From a virus (Duplodnaviria; Caudoviricetes): a DNA stretch of 44,841 nucleotides. The stretch is taken from the IMG/VR virus record IMGVR_UViG_3300009194_000018, positions 1 to 44,841 of that record; one strand, 5' to 3'. The notes beneath the pieces are model-generated. The model did no database searches, was not told the origin of the DNA, and saw nothing but the letters and a program-made list of their open reading frames with translations. Both the position numbers and the translations under genes were made by a program. Position 1 is the first letter of the stretch. Every line of letters begins with the position of its first letter. Below are positions 36,829-44,841 of this stretch, piece by piece.

Positions 36829-37257
36829 TTACTCAACAAATGCGGGGAACATAGTCCTCGCGGTTTCAAAACTATCAACTGCACAAATGACCTCACGGTC
36901 CTGCAAAATGATAAACACAACCTCGCCGTCGCCGTGTGGTACTGCCCAGCGGTCGCCGCCGTACTTGATCACACGAACAAGATCTCCCAGTTGTACCCAC
37001 GCGCCTTCTGGCCATGGTTCAAGTGTGTTGAGATCTCTGTATGCCAAGGGGCCTATTGACACCACCTTTGCAATCACCTCGTTCCATTTTTCGGTGGCTT
37101 TTGTATCACTCACTAGAATGATGCCCCCTTTTGAAACGTCTTTGGCTTTTCGCAGTTGGACTACGATTCGGTTGCCTTTAAGTTTAATTCCCGGATCAAC
37201 TGCCGGAAAACAGTCGGCTTCACTCCGACCATCCACTTGGTACTTACTCTCTGTCAT
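36829..37257 (-). CDS. groES: GroES/Cpn10-like co-chaperonin
   Basis: GNRIVVQ...SKGGIIL mobile loop, AKVVSIGP, GDLV...KYGG. Confidence 0.85.
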   Translation of the reverse strand: MTESKYQVDGRSEADCFPAVDPGIKLKGNRIVVQLRKAKDVSKGGIILVSDTKATEKWNEVIAKVVSIGPLAYRDLNTLEPWPEGAWVQLGDLVRVIKYGGDRWAVPHGDGEVVFIILQDREVICAVDSFETARTMFPAFVE

Positions 37258-37444
37258 TTTCAGATTCCTCGTCCTCTTGCAGGACACTGTTGATAATTTC
37301 CAAGGCCTCTTCCAGACCTCGGCCTCTCCCTACTAGCTGGTTGTATCTATCCCAGCTATCGACTCCGTTCAAAACGCCGATCTGTAAAAACTGAACGGCT
37401 TCTTTGATCCTAAAGATCGATTCATATAACGGGTCTTTCATCAA
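37244..37444 (-). CDS. hypothetical protein (66 aa)
   Basis: AAGGAGG SD; YNQLVG..RGLEEALEII. Confidence 0.75.
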   Translation of the reverse strand: MMKDPLYESIFRIKEAVQFLQIGVLNGVDSWDRYNQLVGRGRGLEEALEIINSVLQEDEESENDRE

Positions 37445-37452
37445 AAACCCTC

Positions 37453-37470
37453 CTTATAACTAAATACACA
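37453..37470 (-). promoter_or_regulatory. degenerate late-promoter-like motif (TGTGTATTTAGTTATAAG) overlapping the palindrome TACACACAAATGTGTGTA
   Basis: Same spacing to the SD as the copies at 28289 and 42297. Confidence 0.5.
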
Positions 37471-37495
37471 CAAATGTGTGTACTTACGCCCTAAC

Positions 37496-37672
37496 TTATT
37501 TTTTAAGACCGCGACTATTTACGGGCGGTACTTGGTACAAGGGGGCTTTAGGGGCCATCTTTGAACCAGAGGGACCAGTTTCTACTGGCGAGCCGGGGCC
37601 ACCTGCGTAGCCGGGCTTGCCGGTGATCTTGTAGTTCTTGCGAAAACCCATGTCTTGATTGCCTGTTGCCAT
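37496..37672 (-). CDS. small basic Gly/Pro-rich protein (58 aa, MATGNQDMGFRKNYK...)
   Basis: Read manually; TAATG coupling to the portal stop. Confidence 0.7.
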   Translation of the reverse strand: MATGNQDMGFRKNYKITGKPGYAGGPGSPVETGPSGSKMAPKAPLYQVPPVNSRGLKK

Positions 37673-40428
37673 TACTGTGCTCCTGTTGGTTGTTGTACTT
37701 GTTGGACCGCTTGGGCCAACTGTTGTTGCGCTTGCATTGCTTCTTCGTGTGCACGTTGCTGTTCTGCTTGCGCTTGGTCTAGTCCATGCTTACGCAGGTC
37801 TGCGTACGCTTGGCTTTCTGCTTCCAACGCAGTCATCTCTTGTGAATGCTGTTGTTTAACCTGTTGCGCGCTCAACGCTTGGTCGGCGTTGATCATTGCC
37901 ACACGTTCTTTGGAAGAATTGTTGATGTCGGCGATTGCCACCTTGGCCGCGTTGTCTTGGTCTGCCAACTGTTGCTGTAGTCCCATCTTGGCCTGAATCT
38001 CTGCCAACTTGGCCTGCATGTCGCGCACCTTGTCCGCCATCTCGGCCTGCATCTTCTCGCGCTCCAACTGGAACTTGGCCTGCGCCTCTTCTGTCTTGCG
38101 CTTGGTCTCGGCCATTTGTGTCTGCACCAAGGCCTGAGACGTTGGGTCTGCCATTGCGGCCTGTTGCATCTGAGACTGCTTGGCCTGTTGCATCTGTTGC
38201 ACCAACTGCTGAATAATTGGCGTGATGCCCTTGAACGTCTTCTGTGCGTCTTGGTTGACCAACTGAGCGGCCATGGCCAGCGCTTCTTGGGCGGCTTGGT
38301 CCAGTTTGCGCTCTTCGTTCAACTTGAATGAGTCTTCGCCACCCGCGGCGTGAGACACGTAGTTGCGCATCGACTGCAGGTAGTGCAGTGTCAGGTGTTG
38401 CTTGATGTGTTCCAACATCAAAGGCGTCACAGAAGGGCCAATGAGTGGGTTGCCACCGTACGCGGGGTCCATCATGTAAGCCAAGTGAACCTTCAGGTGG
38501 TCAATGTGACTCTGGTCTGGGAACGCGGCGGCCGCGTGGCCCATTGTCATCTGCACGTTCTCTAGCGCGGGGTTGCTCTCAACCGAGCCCTGTGGGTTAG
38601 GCATGACCTTCTCAATGTCAGGTACCTTCATCAACTTCATCACGCGCATGTGCGCTTCACGCACGTTGTACAACTGCGGCGCCTTGTCTGCCAACTGCAT
38701 GACCAGTTGAGCCTGAGTCAAACGCTGTGTTTCGCTGAAGATGTTGGGGTCAGAGATCGGGCTGACGTCTGAGTTGTCTTCGAAGTCTGCTACCGCAATC
38801 TCGGCACCGGACTGGTTGTCCATGTCTTCCAAGTACCAGTGGTTGATACGTGATAAGACCTGCAAGCTCTTAGCCTGACTGCGGTGCAGTCGTGCGTGAA
38901 TGCTTGAGAATACTTTAGAACCTTGCTCGATGAGCGCCTGTGTTGTGCCAACGGGTGTGTTGCTACCTGCATCGGCAATACGGCCTTCGCTTGTCTTTAC
39001 AACACCTTTAGCCGCGTCTGTTAACCAACCTAGCAGGTTGTACAACACAGAAGACGGTGGGTTGAACGGCAGTGGCATTGCCAACTTACGCACGTCGTCC
39101 ACGCCGGGTGAACCCTCGATCTCTACGACCTGAGTTGGCTCAATGCGGTCTGTCTGGCCACCAATGCGTCCACCTTTTAGCTTCAACATGGTCTGGCTGT
39201 TGTTCACGTGCGCTGAGTCCATCAACGCGCGCAATGAACCAGTCAGTGCCGCTGAGAGGCCACCAATAAGGTGTGGCATACCAATCGCGTAGGCGCCGCG
39301 CCATGGAATAAACTTGTACTCCACCATCCAGTCAAGCTTGCGCATGCGCTGGTCGCCTGACTGCCAGTTACGGTACAGTGCAACCACCTTGCTTGTAATC
39401 TCGTCCACCGTCATAACATACGGTGCACGTGCACCTTTTGTCAGAGGGTCGTCTTCCAAACGCAAGAACGCGGTAATTTCGTACACGCGGCGCAAACCGT
39501 CTACGTTCTTCGTTGGCTCTGTTAGACCTTCAATTTTGTCGTTGGCCTTTTTAGACTGTGTCTGGTTCTCAGGCAACAGGTCAGAGGTGTACAACTCAAT
39601 GTCGCGGTACTCACCCATTTCGATACGTTGCTTGAACATATCTTCGGTGATGTCTTGCTGTTCTGTAACACGCGCGGCTGAGTAAAAATTGGTGGACGCA
39701 AAAGGCAACAGCACGTTGTCAATTGGAACCCACTCTGGCACCGGGCGGTTTAAATCTTTGTCCCATCTCCATTTGAGATACTGGGAGCCACCAAGGGGAA
39801 GTTGTGTGAACAACTGCTCCATCTCGTCGCGGTACTCTTCAACCTGCTCTGTCAACTGCCAGTTCAGGAAGTTGGCTTTACGCTGTGCTGTCTCCAAACG
39901 AGTTTGGTCAGCCTTGCCCTTAATGAACGTGCGCACCAAGCCGTCTGCCGGCAACAACTCTTTGCAAGCGTTGGCCGCAAAGTCTACGCAGGCCTCTGCC
40001 ATGATAGGGTGCACAACCTTGGACGCGCCGTCGAACGTTGCGCCACCGGGGGCGTCGTTGCCCAGACCTGTGCGGCGAATGCCCTCTTCGTACTGCTTGT
40101 CACGCTGTTTGCGCGACTCACGGTCCACCTCAATCAGGTCAAGGTACTCAGACGCTAAACCGTCAAGGATGGACTCGTCCATCTCTTCAGCCAAGTTGGC
40201 GTAGAACTCTGGGTTCTGTGACGGCTTCTCCACCTCTGTCATGTTCACCACAACAGAGCCATCCTCCAACTCAATGACCTCGGACTCTACCTCGTCCATG
40301 TCCAAGTCCAACGCCTCGGCCAGATCTTGGATCTCTTTGTCCGTGTCTACTTCTTTTGTCGTCTCGTCTTCAGCAAACGACAACGCGGACAGGGTACCGC
40401 CCTTTTGGAGTGGGATGATTGGTTGCAT
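37672..40428 (-). CDS. portal protein with a long Gln-rich C-terminal coiled coil (P22-like barrel)
   Basis: 918 aa downstream of TerL; HPIMAEACVDF, LPLGGS, PVGTT.ALIE and DPNIFS motifs. Confidence 0.85.
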   Translation of the reverse strand: MQPIIPLQKGGTLSALSFAEDETTKEVDTDKEIQDLAEALDLDMDEVESEVIELEDGSVVVNMTEVEKPSQNPEFYANLAEEMDESILDGLASEYLDLIEVDRESRKQRDKQYEEGIRRTGLGNDAPGGATFDGASKVVHPIMAEACVDFAANACKELLPADGLVRTFIKGKADQTRLETAQRKANFLNWQLTEQVEEYRDEMEQLFTQLPLGGSQYLKWRWDKDLNRPVPEWVPIDNVLLPFASTNFYSAARVTEQQDITEDMFKQRIEMGEYRDIELYTSDLLPENQTQSKKANDKIEGLTEPTKNVDGLRRVYEITAFLRLEDDPLTKGARAPYVMTVDEITSKVVALYRNWQSGDQRMRKLDWMVEYKFIPWRGAYAIGMPHLIGGLSAALTGSLRALMDSAHVNNSQTMLKLKGGRIGGQTDRIEPTQVVEIEGSPGVDDVRKLAMPLPFNPPSSVLYNLLGWLTDAAKGVVKTSEGRIADAGSNTPVGTTQALIEQGSKVFSSIHARLHRSQAKSLQVLSRINHWYLEDMDNQSGAEIAVADFEDNSDVSPISDPNIFSETQRLTQAQLVMQLADKAPQLYNVREAHMRVMKLMKVPDIEKVMPNPQGSVESNPALENVQMTMGHAAAAFPDQSHIDHLKVHLAYMMDPAYGGNPLIGPSVTPLMLEHIKQHLTLHYLQSMRNYVSHAAGGEDSFKLNEERKLDQAAQEALAMAAQLVNQDAQKTFKGITPIIQQLVQQMQQAKQSQMQQAAMADPTSQALVQTQMAETKRKTEEAQAKFQLEREKMQAEMADKVRDMQAKLAEIQAKMGLQQQLADQDNAAKVAIADINNSSKERVAMINADQALSAQQVKQQHSQEMTALEAESQAYADLRKHGLDQAQAEQQRAHEEAMQAQQQLAQAVQQVQQPTGAQ

Positions 40429-42095
40429 TATTGGTTAAAGCCTCTGTATGCTTTACGGATTGGTCCGGCCATAGGCAACATGCCCAACGAGCTCATGCCG
40501 GCGGAAAAAGGTTCGTCTTTTGCTATGTAGTGTCCTGTTTCAGCCGCGTACAATGGCGCCATGGCCATAGCGCCAGCGGGGTGAAACGACGCAATATCTG
40601 CCACACCTAAACCAAAAGGTAAATCACTATTTTCACCACCGATTACGTTTGCCGCAACTTTACGTGCGGTGGGCGCTGTCATGTATTTTTTAAGAAATCC
40701 TGCGCCTGTTTCAGCAATACGTTCACGTGGTGACGGGTTGTGAGGACGCATTTCTGAAGTTTGTTTTTTGTCTAAATCGCGGTAGTAATTCTGATACACC
40801 GAGTCCACACCGCGGTCAAATGGGTCGGTAAATTCAAAAGGGTTGCGCATCATCTCCGCGGCAATTTCTTGTTGTGATGGTTGGCGTTGACCAAACAAGG
40901 GGCGTGTTCTGCCACCTTGGTCGTATCCGCGGACCATCATCTCGGCCTGCATGTCGCGGGGAGAGTACATCATGCCACCTTCTGCTTTGCCTTGAACGGC
41001 ACGGCGGCGCTTGTCTTCCAACTCTTGCATCTGCCAGTCTTGCGCAAACGGCGCGCGTTGTTCGGGGGCTGTATCCAGCAAATAATCGCGCTGGTGTTGT
41101 GCCTTCCAATCATCTGGGTGCTTAGTCACCACTGTTTCTGGCAGGCCAGACATGCGGGCCTCGTCGCGCCATGAGTTCATCTCCGCCGTTGCGGGGCCAC
41201 GGCCCTGCACAGGGCGTTGGGCAATCGGGTTCATGCCGGTGTAGTTGTGGCGCATTGGGTTGATCATTGCGTTGATCGCGTTCACAATGTCTTCTTGGTC
41301 TGGGTCAATGCCGCGGGCTCTGAAGTCCGCAACCACTTTATCCACCAAGGCGCCGTGCTTGCCGAGCAACATCTCGTCTGTCAGTTTGTCCAGTCCGGGG
41401 CCTTCCATTTGCGCCGCGCGTGTGGCAAACGGCTCGCTGGCGCTGGTCATCTGAGGAATGTCGCCCTCGGTCATACGAATGGCATCAAGACCACCCATTG
41501 CCTCGTCTGACAGGTCCATCGCCTCTTCACCCAACTGCTGGCGCGTTGCTAACTCTTCTGTTGAGGGTGTGAATGACTTGTTCCATGTGCGGTTGCCTGT
41601 GCGACCTGTGTTGGCCATCGACATGAACTCGTCTTCTGGGAACGCGTTTAAAAACTGACCCTTGGGGTACGCACGCGCCTTAATGTTTGCGGGTGACATG
41701 CCAAACTGGCTTGGTAAATCTTGGTAAGGACCAACTGACTCGCGTGTTGCCACGCCTTTTGCACGCTCTGGTGTGATTGTGCGGCCTGTGGGGCTTGTTG
41801 CTGTGGGATAAGGACGACCACTTTGGTCCACAAGCTGGTTTGAGAACGGTGTTTGTTGTTGTGTGCGCGCCATCGTTTGTGGTGCGTTGCCTGTTGGCTG
41901 AGAAAGCGAGCGGATGTGATCTTCCAACTGCTTTACTTCTTCTGCAGACGGTGGTTTGCCCACGGCCTTCGTGTATTTGCGAATTGCGTCTTGGATTCGG
42001 TTTGCAAATTGACCAATAACACCGCCCCTGTCGTAGTGGGGGATGCCTGCTTGTTCGTACATCATTTGTGTCGGTGTTTTAATTGGGTTAAGCAT
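40428..42095 (-). CDS. unknown 555-aa protein segmented by xxxGG motifs
   Basis: Coupled between terL and portal; YDRGG, KAEGG, YDQGG. Confidence 0.75.
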   Translation of the reverse strand: MLNPIKTPTQMMYEQAGIPHYDRGGVIGQFANRIQDAIRKYTKAVGKPPSAEEVKQLEDHIRSLSQPTGNAPQTMARTQQQTPFSNQLVDQSGRPYPTATSPTGRTITPERAKGVATRESVGPYQDLPSQFGMSPANIKARAYPKGQFLNAFPEDEFMSMANTGRTGNRTWNKSFTPSTEELATRQQLGEEAMDLSDEAMGGLDAIRMTEGDIPQMTSASEPFATRAAQMEGPGLDKLTDEMLLGKHGALVDKVVADFRARGIDPDQEDIVNAINAMINPMRHNYTGMNPIAQRPVQGRGPATAEMNSWRDEARMSGLPETVVTKHPDDWKAQHQRDYLLDTAPEQRAPFAQDWQMQELEDKRRRAVQGKAEGGMMYSPRDMQAEMMVRGYDQGGRTRPLFGQRQPSQQEIAAEMMRNPFEFTDPFDRGVDSVYQNYYRDLDKKQTSEMRPHNPSPRERIAETGAGFLKKYMTAPTARKVAANVIGGENSDLPFGLGVADIASFHPAGAMAMAPLYAAETGHYIAKDEPFSAGMSSLGMLPMAGPIRKAYRGFNQ

Positions 42096-42285
42096 CGTAA
42101 TCTCGGGTTTTCAAAATTTTGTTGTAGTTTTCAAGGTCTCCGCCCCTGACAATGTCTTTCAACATGTCTCTATACCCTGCTCTAACTGGGCCCCACACTG
42201 AAAATGACTCGCCACGTGCTCGAATATGACGACACATCCTGCAACCACACTGCCTAATCTCTTTTGCGTGCGATGAACTGTGCAT
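42088..42285 (-). CDS. small CxCxxC protein (65 aa)
   Basis: AGGAGG SD and late motif upstream. Confidence 0.65.
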   Translation of the reverse strand: MHSSSHAKEIRQCGCRMCRHIRARGESFSVWGPVRAGYRDMLKDIVRGGDLENYNKILKTRDYDA

Positions 42286-42296
42286 TCAGGGGGCCT

Positions 42297-42314
42297 CCTA
42301 TAACCAATCACCCA
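42297..42314 (-). promoter_or_regulatory. late-promoter-like motif copy (TGGGTGATTGGTTATAGG)
   Basis: Intergenic after terL, abutting the SD. Confidence 0.65.
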
Positions 42315-42340
42315 TAAATCAGGGTGTTTGTGCCCGAAAA

Positions 42341-43780
42341 TCACGCGGCGTAGGGGTTATTCACCCTGTTTCGCGCAATGTCGTCTGCATGTGCGTAGTC
42401 TCTTGACGGCAGAGGGTCCAACTGGAGCCAACCTGAGTCTCTTAGAACGCGCAAAGCCTGTGAAAGTGCGTCAACGTAGTCATCGTGACCCTTTGCTTCC
42501 GGAAAAGAGCACACCTGCCTGATGAAACGCTTGGCCCATGGGGCTACCTCGCCCGGGGTTGCGGGGTCCTCTGGCACGTACACCCTGCCTTTTGCAATTA
42601 GCGGCGCCACAATGTTCATCCTTTGTACTTTATCCGCTCGTCCGGGGTTGTATGACCTCACCGGCAGGTGCGCGGCTTGCAGTTCTTGGATCAGTGAGAT
42701 GCCGGCTGACTTATCTTCCATCAAAATCAGGTCAGTTTTCTTGCCCTTGGCAAAGGTGTTGTCCGCGCCGTACACAACCTCCTTGTAGTCCTCAATAACT
42801 TTGCGCCGCAACTCTGGGTACGACAGGTGGTTGTCCCAAGCGTCAAGCAAAATGCAACTTGTTGCAAAGTCTTCTTGCTCGAACACACCCAACGCGATGC
42901 ACGCGGTTGGGTCGTTGTGTGTTTTTTCGCTGGTGGCTGGGTCATACGACACCAGCACGTACTCCAGCACGGGCGTTGGCTTGTTTGCCGGCCAGTTTCT
43001 AAACCATTTGCGCTTGACAATACCCGCGTTCTCTGGGTCCAAGATCTCGCCGTAAATCTCTTGCCGACCCAAGTCCGTGCCCTCATATGCTTCTAATTGC
43101 TTAAAAAACGTACTTGACAGGTTCGACCTGTTGTCATAACTCGATGCGCGCGACACGTACACGTCGCCGCCCACCTTGCCCTCGTTCAGGTCTGTGATAA
43201 GTTCCAGTGGCTTGGGCGTGGTGGTGATGATCGACTGCACACGGGCTATGCGCGGGTCTGTCAGTCGCAACGTGAACTGAATCTGGTCGTACGCGTCGTC
43301 AATGTACTCGAACGCACACAACTCGTCTGCCCACATGCCGTGCCACTGTGTACCCCGGAAGCGCTCTGGCTCAGAAGCCGGGATGCCGCGGATCATGCTT
43401 CCATTTTTTAAGGTAAGTTCAAACAGCGACTTGTTGTAGTCTTTAACCAATGACGGGGGAATGATGTTGAGGAGCCCTGAGTCTCCCTCGAAGCACGTTG
43501 CCCGGATGTCGTTTGATGTTGGCGCTGTCACCAACCAGCGGGTCTTGTCGTAGATCGCCGCCCTGAGGCCCAACCAGTTGGACGCCGTGTGGGTCTTGCC
43601 CGAACCTCGGCCTGCTAAAAGTAAGAAGGTGTCATACTCCCCATCCTCTGGCTCTTGTTGGTGCGGTAGTGCCGTAAGCTCCCACCTCACGCGCCACAGT
43701 GCAAGGTCTAGTTGCTCCTTGGGCCATCCCTTGTTTTGGTCTGCAAACGCCTTGAGTAGCTTTTGCTGTGTGTCGTTCAT
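42341..43780 (-). CDS. terL: terminase large subunit
   Basis: Walker A LAGRGSGKT, Walker B WADE, TTTPK coupling motif, nuclease SYDPA...HDDYVDALSQ; start at 43780 (ATGA overlap) or 43786. Confidence 0.95.
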   Translation of the reverse strand: MNDTQQKLLKAFADQNKGWPKEQLDLALWRVRWELTALPHQQEPEDGEYDTFLLLAGRGSGKTHTASNWLGLRAAIYDKTRWLVTAPTSNDIRATCFEGDSGLLNIIPPSLVKDYNKSLFELTLKNGSMIRGIPASEPERFRGTQWHGMWADELCAFEYIDDAYDQIQFTLRLTDPRIARVQSIITTTPKPLELITDLNEGKVGGDVYVSRASSYDNRSNLSSTFFKQLEAYEGTDLGRQEIYGEILDPENAGIVKRKWFRNWPANKPTPVLEYVLVSYDPATSEKTHNDPTACIALGVFEQEDFATSCILLDAWDNHLSYPELRRKVIEDYKEVVYGADNTFAKGKKTDLILMEDKSAGISLIQELQAAHLPVRSYNPGRADKVQRMNIVAPLIAKGRVYVPEDPATPGEVAPWAKRFIRQVCSFPEAKGHDDYVDALSQALRVLRDSGWLQLDPLPSRDYAHADDIARNRVNNPYAA

Positions 43781-44649
43781 AGGCATACTGTCAGGTACCC
43801 CTCGCTCACTAGGAACGTGTTGTTTGGGTCTTTGGTCTTGATGTGCATGCAGGGCCTAATGTCCACTTTGGTAACATGGGTAATCCTGCGCATCTCCTCG
43901 TACTGAGGCCGACGTACCGGCATCTGGTCCTCGACCAGTTTGAGGTTGGTCCTGAACACCATGTGGTACTGGTGTTGATGTTGTGCAATCTCTGTTCTGA
44001 TTCCAAGCGTTTCCGTCAAATTGTGAATTGACCTAAAAAGCCGGAGACTCTTAATGTTGAACCTGAACTTGGCTGAGATGCGGCTGTGGCACTTTGGCCG
44101 TGAGGCACATACCCCCCGGAGTATAGCCAAACGTTGCTCAAAGGATGAGAACAGGTACTCTTCTGGAATGTAATCTGGGATTTTGCCGTACGCCTCGATC
44201 AGCTTGGACGTGACCTGTGTGCGTTTGTCTCTGTGCGGGTCACCTATCCATACCCCCATGTCGTAGGGGTGGAGGGGTAGTGGCTTGGCTGTGGGTTTGA
44301 TCGGGTAGCACGTTGGCATCCTACACCAGCCGGTGTCTATGGTGGCTAGGTTCTGTGGCGCGTAGATGGGAAGGCTGTACTCTTCTTTGGGTGCCTGCTT
44401 GCGCGCCCACTTGGCCAGTGTAAGGAACGCCTTGCTGTCGTACACCGGAATGCCGGTACGGCTATCCACCACCAATGTCAAACCGTCCTTGGTCCAGATC
44501 TTATGACACACCACCGGCGTGTACTCTTGGACAGAAACAACTTTGACAGGCAGGCCCGTGTAATCAAAAACCTCATCCCCCGGTTTGATGAACCGCGCTA
44601 ACTGCCATCCGGCAGTGGTGGGAATGGGGGTACGTGCGTCGATTCCCAT
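43777..44649 (-). CDS. stand-alone degenerate intein (Hint domain plus LAGLIDADG remnant) without exteins
   Basis: IDARTPIPTTAGW...PGDEVFD..G.PVKVV (Hint N), LPLHPYDMGVWIGD and IPEEYLFSSFEQRLAILRG (endonuclease blocks), RRITHV...CMHIKT..PNNTFLV (Hint C). Confidence 0.8.
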   Translation of the reverse strand: MGIDARTPIPTTAGWQLARFIKPGDEVFDYTGLPVKVVSVQEYTPVVCHKIWTKDGLTLVVDSRTGIPVYDSKAFLTLAKWARKQAPKEEYSLPIYAPQNLATIDTGWCRMPTCYPIKPTAKPLPLHPYDMGVWIGDPHRDKRTQVTSKLIEAYGKIPDYIPEEYLFSSFEQRLAILRGVCASRPKCHSRISAKFRFNIKSLRLFRSIHNLTETLGIRTEIAQHQHQYHMVFRTNLKLVEDQMPVRRPQYEEMRRITHVTKVDIRPCMHIKTKDPNNTFLVSEGYLTVCL

Positions 44650-44650
44650 G

Positions 44651-44668
44651 TCTAACCATAATTACCCA
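44651..44668 (-). promoter_or_regulatory. late-promoter-like motif copy (TGGGTAATTATGGTTAGA)
   Basis: Directly upstream of the first gene of the late arm. Confidence 0.6.
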
Positions 44669-44765
44669 TGTATGTGGTTGAATGTGCCCCAGTTTAGGGT
44701 GGGGGGTATATGACCCAGAAATCGGTGTTTTGTTCAGGGTGTCGGGCTGTTCAGTCTTTATTTAT

Positions 44766-44816
<51 letters not shown>

Positions 44817-44841
44817 CCCCCACAACATCACACCCTTCATA

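Noticed and set aside
42341-43780. Intein within TerL, or a spliced intein-TerL fusion
   Set aside because: TerL motifs are contiguous; the upstream intein-like ORF is in another frame, ends in a stop codon and lacks the terminal Asn
7885-44031. Numerous + strand ORFs antisense to the late genes, and - strand ORFs antisense to the early genes
   Set aside because: Shadow ORFs of real genes, with no recognisable motifs; for example 14041-14853 is just the reverse of the repeats

Overview
The window is most of a tailed dsDNA phage genome with podovirus-type (P22-like) architecture, organised as two convergent arms. The + arm (1-7652) holds a partial sigma-region-4-like gene, a displaced TerS-like gene, a DUF2800 Cas4-like nuclease, a DUF2815 SSB, a class II ribonucleotide reductase (single-base frameshift), a DUF3310 protein and a family A DNA polymerase. 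The - arm (44649-7698) holds a stand-alone degenerate intein, TerL, portal, a GroES-like protein, scaffold, a Mu-gpT-like major capsid protein, a collagen-containing fibre, a lysis cassette, small basic proteins, adaptor and nozzle proteins, a repeat-rich tail fibre, an HNH-AP2 endonuclease and four large internal virion proteins, the last with a lytic transglycosylase domain. No integrase, primase or helicase, tRNA or CRISPR array is visible, so the genome is probably incomplete. Highlights: (1) a [FY]-[ADK]-x-G-G-like peptide signal recurring at domain boundaries of about six virion proteins, plus a candidate cognate processing domain; (2) an intact, extein-less, catalytically dead intein/LAGLIDADG gene coupled to terL; (3) a 7-copy TGGGTAATT-N3-TATAGG late-promoter-like motif; (4) a pseudoknotted RNA downstream of the capsid gene; (5) an SGNH hydrolase and a titin-like (KPEV)27 linker in one virion protein. 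Two apparent single-base deletions and an A43 tract suggest long-read errors. All family assignments come from motif recognition by eye, not database searches.
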